DNA of 24,000 nucleotides from Rhodocyclaceae bacterium (GTDB lineage: Bacteria; Pseudomonadota; Gammaproteobacteria; Burkholderiales; Rhodocyclaceae): assembly GCA_036824045.1 (NCBI GenBank), contig DAITAZ010000009.1:25389-49388 (forward strand), in the 5' to 3' direction. The first letter of the stretch is position 1, and each line of letters begins with the position of its first letter. Below are positions 16,652 to 23,633 of this stretch, piece after piece. Below the pieces are notes generated by a model. It had not been told where the DNA came from and searched no databases. It worked only from the letters and a program-made list of their open reading frames with translations. Both the position numbers and the translations under genes were made by a program.

Positions 16652-19201
16652 ATGAGCAAGCAACTGATCATTGCCGAAAAGCCTTCCGTAGCCCAGGACA
16701 TCGCCCGGGCGTTAGGCGGCTTCACCAAACAGGGTGACTACCTGGAAAGCGACGACTTCGTGCTTTCGTCCGCCGTCGGCCATCTGCTGGAGCTGGCGGT
16801 GCCGGAGGAATACGAGGTGAAGCGGGGCAAGTGGTCCTTCGCCCACCTTCCGGTGATCCCGCCCCAGTTCACCCTGCACCCGATCGAAAAGACCGAGGAC
16901 AGGCTCAAGCTGCTGGCCCGGCTGATCAAGCGCAAGGATGTGAGCGGCCTGATCAACGCCTGTGACGCGGGGCGGGAAGGCGAACTGATCTTCAACTACA
17001 TCGTTCAGCACGCCAAGTCGGACAAACCGATCACCCGGCTCTGGCTTCAGTCGATGACTCCTCAGGCGATCCGCGACGGTTTTGCCCGCCTGCGGGCCGC
17101 CCAGGAGGTGGAAGGTTTGCGCGCGGCGGCCATGTGCCGGGCCGAATCGGACTGGTTGATCGGGATCAATGGCACCCGGGCGATGACCGCCTTCAACTCC
17201 AAGACCGGCGGTTTCCATCTCACCACCGTTGGCCGCGTCCAGACCCCCACGCTCACCATCGTCATTGAGCGCGAGGAAAAGATCCGCAAGTTCATTCCCC
17301 GGGACTACTGGGAAGTGGACGCCACGTTCGCCGCCCAGGCAGGGGACTACCGGGGACGCTGGTTCGACGAGAAATTCCGCAAGAGCGATTCGGACGAGCA
17401 TGCCCGGGCTGACCGCATCTGGGATCAGGCCACCGCCGACGCCATTCGCGCCCGGTGCGAGGGCAAACCTGGCAAGGTGGAGGAAGAGAGCAAGCCCTCC
17501 ACCCAGCTCTCGCCACTACTCTTCGACCTCACTTCCTTGCAACGGGAAGCCAACAGCCGGTTCGGTTTCTCCGCCAAAACCACGCTGGCGCTGGCCCAGG
17601 CCCTGTACGAAAAACACAAGGCCCTGACCTACCCCCGGACGGACTCGCGCGCCTTGCCGGAAGACTATCTCGGCACCGTCTCGGCAACCCTGCAGGCCTT
17701 GACCGATACCGGCTACGGCACCTTCGCCAGCCGGATCCTCGGCCAAGGCTGGGTGCGCCCCAACAAGCGCATCTTCAACAACGCCAAGATTTCCGACCAC
17801 TTCGCCATCATTCCCACCGGGACCACGCCCAAGACCCTGAGCGAGGCGGAGCAAAAGCTCTACGACATGGTCACCCGGCGTTTCCTGGCGGTGTTCTTCC
17901 CGGCCGCGGAATATCTGGTCACAACCCGCATCACACGCATTGGCCAGGACGCTTTCAAGACCGAAGGCAAAATCCTGGTCAATCCGGGCTGGCTCGCCGT
18001 GTATGGCAAAGAGGCCACCCTGAGTGACGATGGTCCCCAGCTTGTTCCCGTCCAGCCCGGAGAAACCGTGCAGACCGAGTCGGTGGACATTTCCGCCCAC
18101 CAGACCAAACCTCCCCCGCGATACACCGAAGCCACACTGCTGACCGCCATGGAAGGCGCCGGCAAGATGGTGGACGATGAGGAACTTCGCGCCGCCATGG
18201 CCGGGCGCGGCCTTGGCACGCCGGCCACCCGGGCGCAGATCATCGAAAACCTGATCTCCGAAACCTACCTGCACCGGGAAGGACGGGAACTCATCCCCAC
18301 CGCCAAGGCCTTCCAGTTGCTCACGGCACTGCGCGGGCTCAAGATCGAGCAACTCTCGTCACCGGAGCTCACCGGCGAATGGGAATGGAAGCTGGCGCGC
18401 ATGGAGCGGGGGGAGATGTCCCGTCCTGCCTTCATGCAGGAAATCGCGGCCATGACCCGGGACATTGTCGAGAAAGCCAAACAATACGAGAGCGATACGG
18501 TCCCCGGGGATTTCGCCACCCTGAACACCCCGTGCCCCCGCTGCGGCGGCACGGTCAAGGAGAACTACAAGAAATTCCAGTGCCAGGGCTGCGACTTCGC
18601 CCTGTGGAAGATTGTGGCCGGCCGGCAATTCGAGATTCCCGAAATCGAGACCCTGCTCGCCAAACGGCATGTGGGTCCGCTGATCGGTTTCCGCAACAAG
18701 ATGGGCAGGCTGTTCAACGCCGAGATCCGGCTCAACGATGCCTTGCAGCCGGAGTTCGATTTCGGTCAGGACAAGGACGATGACAAGGGCGAACCGGTGG
18801 ATTTCAGCGACCAGCAGAGCTTGGGTGCCTGCCCCAAGTGTGGCGGCGGCGTGTTCGAACACGGCACTTCCTACGTCTGCGAGCGCTCGGTGGGTCCAGG
18901 CAAGAGCTGCGATTTCCGCTCCGGCAAAATCATCCTCCAACAGCCGATCGAACGGGAGCAGATGACCAAGCTGCTGGCCACGGGCAAGACCGATTTGCTC
19001 AAGGGTTTCGTCTCGGCGCGCACCAAGCGCAAGTTCTCCGCCTTCCTGGTTCGCGGCACGGAAGGCAAGATTGGCTTCGAATTTGAAGCCAAGGCACCCA
19101 AAGCGCCCAAAGCATCCGGAAAAACCGCCAAGACCGCCGAACAAGACAACGAAGCGCCCGCCGCCGCGGAAGCCAAGACCCCACGCCGAAAGCGCGCCTG
19201 A
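16652..19201 (+). CDS. type IA DNA topoisomerase (topoisomerase III-like catalytic core with two C-terminal zinc ribbons and a Lys-rich tail)
   Basis: Toprim N-terminus LIIAEKPSVAQDIA and acidic cluster CDAGREGELIF. The active-site tyrosine context is ALTYPRTDSRALP. The C-terminal zinc ribbons are CPRCGG...CQGCDF and CPKCGG...VCERS....KSCDF, followed by the tail KAPKAPKASGKTAKT...PRRKRA. Confidence 0.92.
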   Translation: MSKQLIIAEKPSVAQDIARALGGFTKQGDYLESDDFVLSSAVGHLLELAVPEEYEVKRGKWSFAHLPVIPPQFTLHPIEKTEDRLKLLARLIKRKDVSGLINACDAGREGELIFNYIVQHAKSDKPITRLWLQSMTPQAIRDGFARLRAAQEVEGLRAAAMCRAESDWLIGINGTRAMTAFNSKTGGFHLTTVGRVQTPTLTIVIEREEKIRKFIPRDYWEVDATFAAQAGDYRGRWFDEKFRKSDSDEHARADRIWDQATADAIRARCEGKPGKVEEESKPSTQLSPLLFDLTSLQREANSRFGFSAKTTLALAQALYEKHKALTYPRTDSRALPEDYLGTVSATLQALTDTGYGTFASRILGQGWVRPNKRIFNNAKISDHFAIIPTGTTPKTLSEAEQKLYDMVTRRFLAVFFPAAEYLVTTRITRIGQDAFKTEGKILVNPGWLAVYGKEATLSDDGPQLVPVQPGETVQTESVDISAHQTKPPPRYTEATLLTAMEGAGKMVDDEELRAAMAGRGLGTPATRAQIIENLISETYLHREGRELIPTAKAFQLLTALRGLKIEQLSSPELTGEWEWKLARMERGEMSRPAFMQEIAAMTRDIVEKAKQYESDTVPGDFATLNTPCPRCGGTVKENYKKFQCQGCDFALWKIVAGRQFEIPEIETLLAKRHVGPLIGFRNKMGRLFNAEIRLNDALQPEFDFGQDKDDDKGEPVDFSDQQSLGACPKCGGGVFEHGTSYVCERSVGPGKSCDFRSGKIILQQPIEREQMTKLLATGKTDLLKGFVSARTKRKFSAFLVRGTEGKIGFEFEAKAPKAPKASGKTAKTAEQDNEAPAAAEAKTPRRKRA

Positions 19202-19219
19202 GCGCAATCGCCGTCAAGC

Positions 19220-19243
19220 CGAAGGCCGCTGTCGCGGCCTTCG
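19220..19243 (+). terminator. probable terminator hairpin after the topoisomerase gene
   Basis: The stem CGAAGGCCGC / GCGGCCTTCG is a perfect 10 bp with a 4-nt loop. The following T-tract is weak (TCGCTTTC). Confidence 0.55.
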
Positions 19244-19468
19244 TCGCTTTCATCCCTGGCTAACGTCCCCTCGGCCTTGCCGGCTGTCGCGCCGGGGAGA
19301 CATCAATAACACCATGATTTTTATAAATTTTCATTCAATGCACCAGCCGTTGGTCGGCTCCGGGAGACACCACAGGGCCGGGCCTGGCAGCGGAGCATTC
19401 CCCACAGCACCCCACCATTAGTTGATAAGATATTGAAATAAAACAATTTTTATCACACCCTCGGCAAC

Positions 19469-19484
19469 TGGCACGGTGTCTGCA
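19469..19484 (+). promoter_or_regulatory. sigma54 (-24/-12) promoter
   Basis: TGGCACGgtgtCTGCA versus the consensus TGGCACG-N4-TTGCW. The spacing is exact and there is only one mismatch. An AT-rich, bend-prone tract (19420-19460) lies upstream. An NtrC-half-site-like TGCACCA (19339-19345) sits about 150 nt upstream of the predicted start. Confidence 0.6.
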
Positions 19485-19693
19485 TAAGCAGGACTACAGC
19501 CTGACGCAGGAAGGTTCCCCGCCGACCGCGCTGACCCGGGCCTCTGCCCCTTGTCCTCACAGCCCGGACCAGCCGTACAGGTTGTCATCGGCCGCCGTGC
19601 CTGGCGGCCGGTGTTCCCCGGCAATCGTGGAGTCTGCCGCCGATCCCCCGTTCCCCACCTCCACAGTGGGCGGCAGGCTCCACGAGCCGACTT

Positions 19694-20551
19694 TCACCCA
19701 CCCCCGCCCGACGCCGCCTCAAGGGTGTGGTGCTGTTCGCCCAATCCCTCGATGGCACAGCGCACCGTGTCTCCCGCCTTCAGAAACACCGGCTCGGGCT
19801 TGAGCCCCATGCCTACGCCCGGGGGCGTGCCGGTGGCAATCACGTCGCCCGGATAGAGCGTCATGAAACGGCTGATGTACGCCACCAGTGCGGCAACGCT
19901 GAAGATCATCTGCTCGGTATTGCTGTGCTGGTAACGCTGGCCATTGACGTCGAGCCACAGGGGCAGGCGTTGCACATCCGCCACCTCGTCAAGCGTGACC
20001 AGCCAGGGACCGAGGGGGGCGAAGCCCGGGTAACTCTTGCCCTTGACCCACTGGCCACCCTGCTCGAGTTGGTAGGCCCGCTCCGACATGTCGATGAAGG
20101 CAGCAAGTCCGGCCACACAGGCGAGCGCCTCGGCTTCCCCGACATGGCTCGCCACCCGACCCATCACCACAGCCAGCTCGACTTCCCAATCCACCTTGGC
20201 TGCTCCTGGCGGGACCGGGATGGGGTCCGTCGGCCCGGTCAGGCGGCAGCCTTTCATGAACAATACCGGCTCGCTGGGGATGGCCATGTTCGCCTCCCGG
20301 GCATGGTCGGCATAGTTGAGGCCCACGCACACAATCTTGCCCCGCCCACCCACCGGTGGGCCCAGCCGCGGACAGCCTGCCACCCGGGGCAAAGCCGTCG
20401 GATCGAGCGTAGCGAGGACCGCCAGCCGCGCCGGATCGAGCGCCTCATCGGCCAGATCGGGCAGATGGTCGCCCAGATCCCGGATCTCGCCCTCCGGCCC
20501 CAGCATGCCCGGGCGCTCCTGCCCCGGAAGACCGAAACGCAACAGTTTCAT
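19694..20551 (-). CDS. fumarylacetoacetate hydrolase (FAH) family protein
   Basis: 285 aa. It shows GKIVCVGLNYADHAREA....PSEPVLFMKG, and the C-terminal PGDVIATGTPPGVG is typical of FAH/HpcE-type hydratases/isomerases. Confidence 0.88.
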   Translation of the reverse strand: MKLLRFGLPGQERPGMLGPEGEIRDLGDHLPDLADEALDPARLAVLATLDPTALPRVAGCPRLGPPVGGRGKIVCVGLNYADHAREANMAIPSEPVLFMKGCRLTGPTDPIPVPPGAAKVDWEVELAVVMGRVASHVGEAEALACVAGLAAFIDMSERAYQLEQGGQWVKGKSYPGFAPLGPWLVTLDEVADVQRLPLWLDVNGQRYQHSNTEQMIFSVAALVAYISRFMTLYPGDVIATGTPPGVGMGLKPEPVFLKAGDTVRCAIEGLGEQHHTLEAASGGGG

Positions 20552-20578
20552 CGGCGCAGCTCCCTTCCCCTGGAATGC

Positions 20579-21214
20579 TCAGTCCCCCACATAGGGATTG
20601 GTACGTTGCTCGAAACCGAAGGTGGACATGGGGCCATGCCCGGGCACGAAAGACACTTCGGCCCCGAGGGGAAACAGCCGCTCACGGATGGAATTGATCA
20701 GCGTGTCGTAGTCACCCCGGGGGAAATCGGTGCGGCCAATGGAGCCACGGAAAAGAACGTCGCCGACGAAAGCCAGCTTGCTTGCCCGATCGTAGAACAC
20801 CACGTGGCCGGGCGTGTGGCCGGGGCAATGGATCACCTCCAGCGTCACCTGCCCCACGCTGACCGTGTCACCCTGCTCCAGCCAGCGGTCAGGCACAAAG
20901 GCCTCCACACCCGGAAAACCGAACATCTTCGACTGCTGCGGCATGCCGTCGATCCAGAACTGGTCTTCCCGCTGCGGGCCCTCCACCGGCACGGCTGCCT
21001 GCCGCGCCAGGGCAGCCGTGCCACCGGCATGGTCGATGTGACCGTGGGTGATGAGGATCTTTTCCAGCGTGACACCTTCCTCCTCCACCGCCTGAAGGAT
21101 GCGGGGCAGATCGCCTCCCGGGTCCACCACGGCGGCGCGCCGCGTTTCACTGCACCAGATCAGGGAGCAGTTCTGCTCAAAAGGGGTGACGGGCACAATT
21201 CGATGTTTCAGCAC
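20579..21214 (-). CDS. MBL-fold metallo-hydrolase (YcbL/GloC-like glyoxalase II type)
   Basis: 211 aa with the metal-binding motif ITHGHIDHAGG, plus HCPGHTPGH and the N-terminal FEQNCSLIW. Confidence 0.85.
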   Translation of the reverse strand: MLKHRIVPVTPFEQNCSLIWCSETRRAAVVDPGGDLPRILQAVEEEGVTLEKILITHGHIDHAGGTAALARQAAVPVEGPQREDQFWIDGMPQQSKMFGFPGVEAFVPDRWLEQGDTVSVGQVTLEVIHCPGHTPGHVVFYDRASKLAFVGDVLFRGSIGRTDFPRGDYDTLINSIRERLFPLGAEVSFVPGHGPMSTFGFEQRTNPYVGD

Positions 21215-21315
21215 AGCTTGATGCTCCGGGAAAAAGCCCCATTGTCACCCAGAGCCCCCTGCCTGCGAAGGTTCGCCCGTGGATCCATACCCGGGAGTAA
21301 GCAAATGTAAGGCCC

Positions 21316-21344
21316 GGAACTCATTCGGGGCAGGCGGGCTCTAT
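21316..21344 (+). promoter_or_regulatory. candidate extracytoplasmic-stress sigma (RpoE/AlgU-type) promoter upstream of the DegP-family gene
   Basis: GGAACTC (21316-22), a 17-nt spacer, then TCTAT (21340-44), compared with GGAACTT-N16/17-TCTGA/TCAAA. It is followed by RBS AAGGAGGA (21353-60) and ATG 21370. Confidence 0.35.
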
Positions 21345-21369
21345 ATGCGCTCAAGGAGGATTCTGGCAA

Positions 21370-22842
21370 ATGGCCATCAACAAGACCCGACTCACCGTAC
21401 TCACCGTCGCCGCCGGCCTGGCGGTGGCTGCCTGCCTGGATCAGGGCAGTGCGCTCATCAACAACTCCCACGCCAATCAGACAGCCGCTCCCCCCGCACC
21501 GCTGGTCTCCGCCCGCGGGCTGCCGGACTTCAGCACGCTGGTGGATACCGTCGGCCCGGCCGTGGTCAATATCAGCGTCACCCAGATGGTGCGCACCACC
21601 GGCGGGGATGACCTGGACCTGAACGACCCCTTCTTCGACTTTCTGCGCCGTCACGGCTTCCCCGTGCCCCAGGCGCCGGGCGGGCGAGGCGGTCCGGCAC
21701 AACCGGAAACCAGCAAGGGCGTGGGCTCGGGCTTCATCGTCAGCGACGATGGCTATGTGCTGACCAATGCCCACGTGGTGGCTGACGCCAAGGAAGTGAA
21801 GGTCAAGCTCACCGACAAGCGCGAATTCAAGGCCAAGGTGGTAGGGCTGGACAAACGCACCGACGTGGCCCTGATCAAGCTGGAAGCCAAGGGCCTGCCC
21901 ACCGTGAGGATCGGCAACGCGGACAAGGCCCGGGTGGGTGAATGGGTGGCAGCCATCGGTTCGCCTTTCGGCTTCGAGAACACCGTAACGGCCGGCATCA
22001 TCAGCGCCAAGGCCCGCCGCCTGCCGGACGAGACCTATGTACCCTTCCTGCAAACGGACGTCGCCATCAACCCGGGCAACTCCGGCGGCCCCCTGTTCAA
22101 CCTCAATGGCGAGGTGATCGGGATCAACTCCCAGATCTACAGCCGGTCAGGCGGCTTCATGGGGATTTCCTTCGCCATCCCCATCGACGTGGCCATGAAG
22201 GTCAAAGACCAGCTGCAGAAGCACGGCAAAGTTTCCCGCGGACGCCTGGGCGTTGGCATCCAGGAACTGACTCCGGATCTGGCCGAAACCTTCGGCCTCA
22301 AGGATACCAAGGGCGCCCTGGTGGCCCAGGTGGAGAAAGGCAGCCCCGCCGAGAAAGCCGGCCTGCAGCAAGGTGACGTGATCCACGCGGTCAACGGCAC
22401 CGCCGTGCAGGACGCGGCCGACCTCTCCCGCCTGGTGGGTGAAGCCCGCCCTGGACAGGAAGTGAAGCTTTCCCTCTGGCGCCAGGGCAACCGCAAGGAA
22501 GTGTCCGCCACCCTGGTGGAGATGCCCAGCGATACGCCCCTGGCTGCCAAGGCACCGGCGGCGGGTCAGCCCTCGGTTGCAAAGCTGGGCGTCCAGGTCA
22601 GGCCCCTGTCGGCAGTGGAGCAGCAGCAACTGGGGCTCAATGGCGGTGTGCGGGTGGAGAGTGTGGAAGGCCCCGCAGCCCGGGCAGGCATCCAGAACGG
22701 CGATGTGATCCTGGGGGTCAACAACCGGCCGGTTTCCGATCCGTCCGAACTGGCGGCATTGGTCGCCCAGGGCGGGAACCGGATTGCGCTGCTGGTCCAA
22801 CGCGGCGGTGCCCGCCTGTACGTTCCCATCCGCTTGGGCTGA
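21370..22842 (+). CDS. DegP/DegQ/MucD (Do-family, HtrA) periplasmic serine endoprotease with two PDZ domains
   Basis: Catalytic triad context: TNAHVV, TDVALIKL and GNSGGPLFN. Two PDZ-like segments follow (GSPAEKAGLQQGDVI; GPAARAGIQNGDVI). The signal peptide ends in the lipobox-like LAVAAC. Confidence 0.93.
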   Translation: MAINKTRLTVLTVAAGLAVAACLDQGSALINNSHANQTAAPPAPLVSARGLPDFSTLVDTVGPAVVNISVTQMVRTTGGDDLDLNDPFFDFLRRHGFPVPQAPGGRGGPAQPETSKGVGSGFIVSDDGYVLTNAHVVADAKEVKVKLTDKREFKAKVVGLDKRTDVALIKLEAKGLPTVRIGNADKARVGEWVAAIGSPFGFENTVTAGIISAKARRLPDETYVPFLQTDVAINPGNSGGPLFNLNGEVIGINSQIYSRSGGFMGISFAIPIDVAMKVKDQLQKHGKVSRGRLGVGIQELTPDLAETFGLKDTKGALVAQVEKGSPAEKAGLQQGDVIHAVNGTAVQDAADLSRLVGEARPGQEVKLSLWRQGNRKEVSATLVEMPSDTPLAAKAPAAGQPSVAKLGVQVRPLSAVEQQQLGLNGGVRVESVEGPAARAGIQNGDVILGVNNRPVSDPSELAALVAQGGNRIALLVQRGGARLYVPIRLG

Positions 22843-22860
22843 AGATCAGGTTTTTCCACA

Positions 22861-22886
22861 GGCTGTGGGCAGAGACGCCCACAGCC
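22861..22886 (+). repeat. perfect 10-bp inverted repeat (hairpin 1) after the protease gene
   Basis: GGCTGTGGGC (22861-70) and GCCCACAGCC (22877-86) flank a 6-nt loop. There is no U-tract. Confidence 0.6.
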
Positions 22887-22900
22887 TCCGGGCAACCTCC

Positions 22901-22943
22901 AACGGGGCGGAGAGCAAGGTTTCACGGTGCTCTCCGCCCCGTT
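22901..22943 (+). repeat. perfect 15-bp inverted repeat (hairpin 2)
   Basis: AACGGGGCGGAGAGC (22901-15) and GCTCTCCGCCCCGTT (22929-43) flank a 13-nt loop. There is no U-tract. Confidence 0.6.
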
Positions 22944-23186
22944 GCCGTTCACCGTTGCGATCCATGCAGAAGCGGCTCCACCTTTTTATGCACACCTCGG
23001 TGGGCGGGAGGGCATTTCGTCGGGTACACGGGATAAGTCCGGAACATCCAGGCAGACAATTTGTGCACAACCTGCCCCGTCTGCACTTGGTCCAAAACAG
23101 GCAACATTTCATCCACACCCGTTCCAGAGCTTTGTGCCCAGCATTACTCTCTCATCAACATGATGATTTGTTTGAAAAAAAATGCC

Positions 23187-23195
23187 TTATCCACA
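23187..23195 (+). promoter_or_regulatory. perfect DnaA box TTATCCACA
   Basis: This is an exact 9/9 match to the consensus DnaA box. It sits in an AT-rich stretch 18 nt upstream of the -35 of the promoter candidate at 23213. Confidence 0.5.
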
Positions 23196-23212
23196 GATTT
23201 CGGCCGCCTATG

Positions 23213-23241
23213 TTTACAGTTGTTATTTATTTAAATAAAAC
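23213..23241 (+). promoter_or_regulatory. sigma70-type promoter candidate (TTTACA-N17-TAAAAC) for the gshA leader or an sRNA
   Basis: The -35 TTTACA (23213-18), a 17-nt AT-rich spacer and the -10 TAAAAC (23236-41) predict a start near 23249. Confidence 0.4.
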
Positions 23242-23569
23242 CTGTATACAAACCCTGTGAACACCAATTTCGGTTCCCGCAGCGGTGCAACCAGGAAAGC
23301 AAAAGCGCAAAAAACCAGTCCTGCCACCGACGCACAGATCCGGAGTGGCTGATTCAGGACAGAGGAAAAGAAGCAGGAGGAGTGGAAGCGAAAAGGTGGC
23401 CGGTGCCATCAGGTACCGGCCCAAAAAAGACCAGAGAAAGGATTGAAAAATCCACGGGCAAGATTCTAGCGATCCGGCACAACAGGAGATCCGGGGGATT
23501 GGCGGGCAATTACCGGGTTATTCCCCCGGCTCGGACCAAAGGGAAAGGCTGGTGTAAGATGCTGCGGCA

Positions 23570-23603
23570 CGCCGCAGTCCGCTTACCCGAACTGCGGCGT
23601 TTT
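23570..23603 (+). terminator. Rho-independent terminator 30 nt upstream of the gshA start, with a competing upstream hairpin
   Basis: The stem CGCCGCAG (23570-77) / CTGCGGCG (23592-99) has a 14-nt loop and is followed by TTTT (23600-03). The left arm can alternatively pair with CTGCGGC at 23562-68. Confidence 0.65.
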
Positions 23604-23633
23604 GCCCTCGATACCAACTAGAAGAGAACAGCC

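Noticed and set aside
13793-19207. Minus-strand ORFs 13793-14614, 16712-17401, 17516-18352 and 18359-19207
   Set aside because: All lie antisense to the LysM protein or the topoisomerase gene and show no motifs. This is the high-GC antisense ORF artefact.
19727-22800. 527-aa plus-strand ORF 19727-21310, and minus-strand ORFs 21208-22053 and 22147-22800
   Set aside because: The 527-aa ORF spans the antisense of two separate genes (FAH and MBL) including their intergenic gap. The minus ORFs are antisense to the DegP-family gene.
23227-23424. 65-aa minus-strand ORF with hydrophobic stretch FSLPLLLLLFLC (possible type I toxin or small lipoprotein)
   Set aside because: The leucine run is simply the complement of the purine-rich tract. 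There is no SD, no proper lipobox and no cognate antisense arrangement.
23553-23587. GacA-box-like TGTAAG ... CTTACC near the gshA leader
   Set aside because: The half sites are 23 nt apart instead of 6, and they lie downstream of the proposed promoter rather than upstream.
23382-23621. 79-aa ORF (GTG start right after AGGAGGA) in the degQ-gshA gap
   Set aside because: The SD-to-start spacing is too short (about 4 nt). The protein is basic and low-complexity with no recognisable fold, and it runs through RNA hairpins and a terminator. Only its last 20 codons are kept as a speculative uORF.
22843-23633. Chromosomal origin (oriC), or a known housekeeping RNA (6S, SRP/4.5S, RNase P, tmRNA), in the 790-nt gap
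   Set aside because: There is only one perfect DnaA box and a few degenerate ones, and no clear array of DUE 13-mers or adjacent dnaA. None of the conserved cores of SRP (GGUCCGGAAGGAAGCAGCC hairpin), RNase P (GAGGAAAGUCCGGGCUCC) or tmRNA (tRNA-like 3' end) is present.
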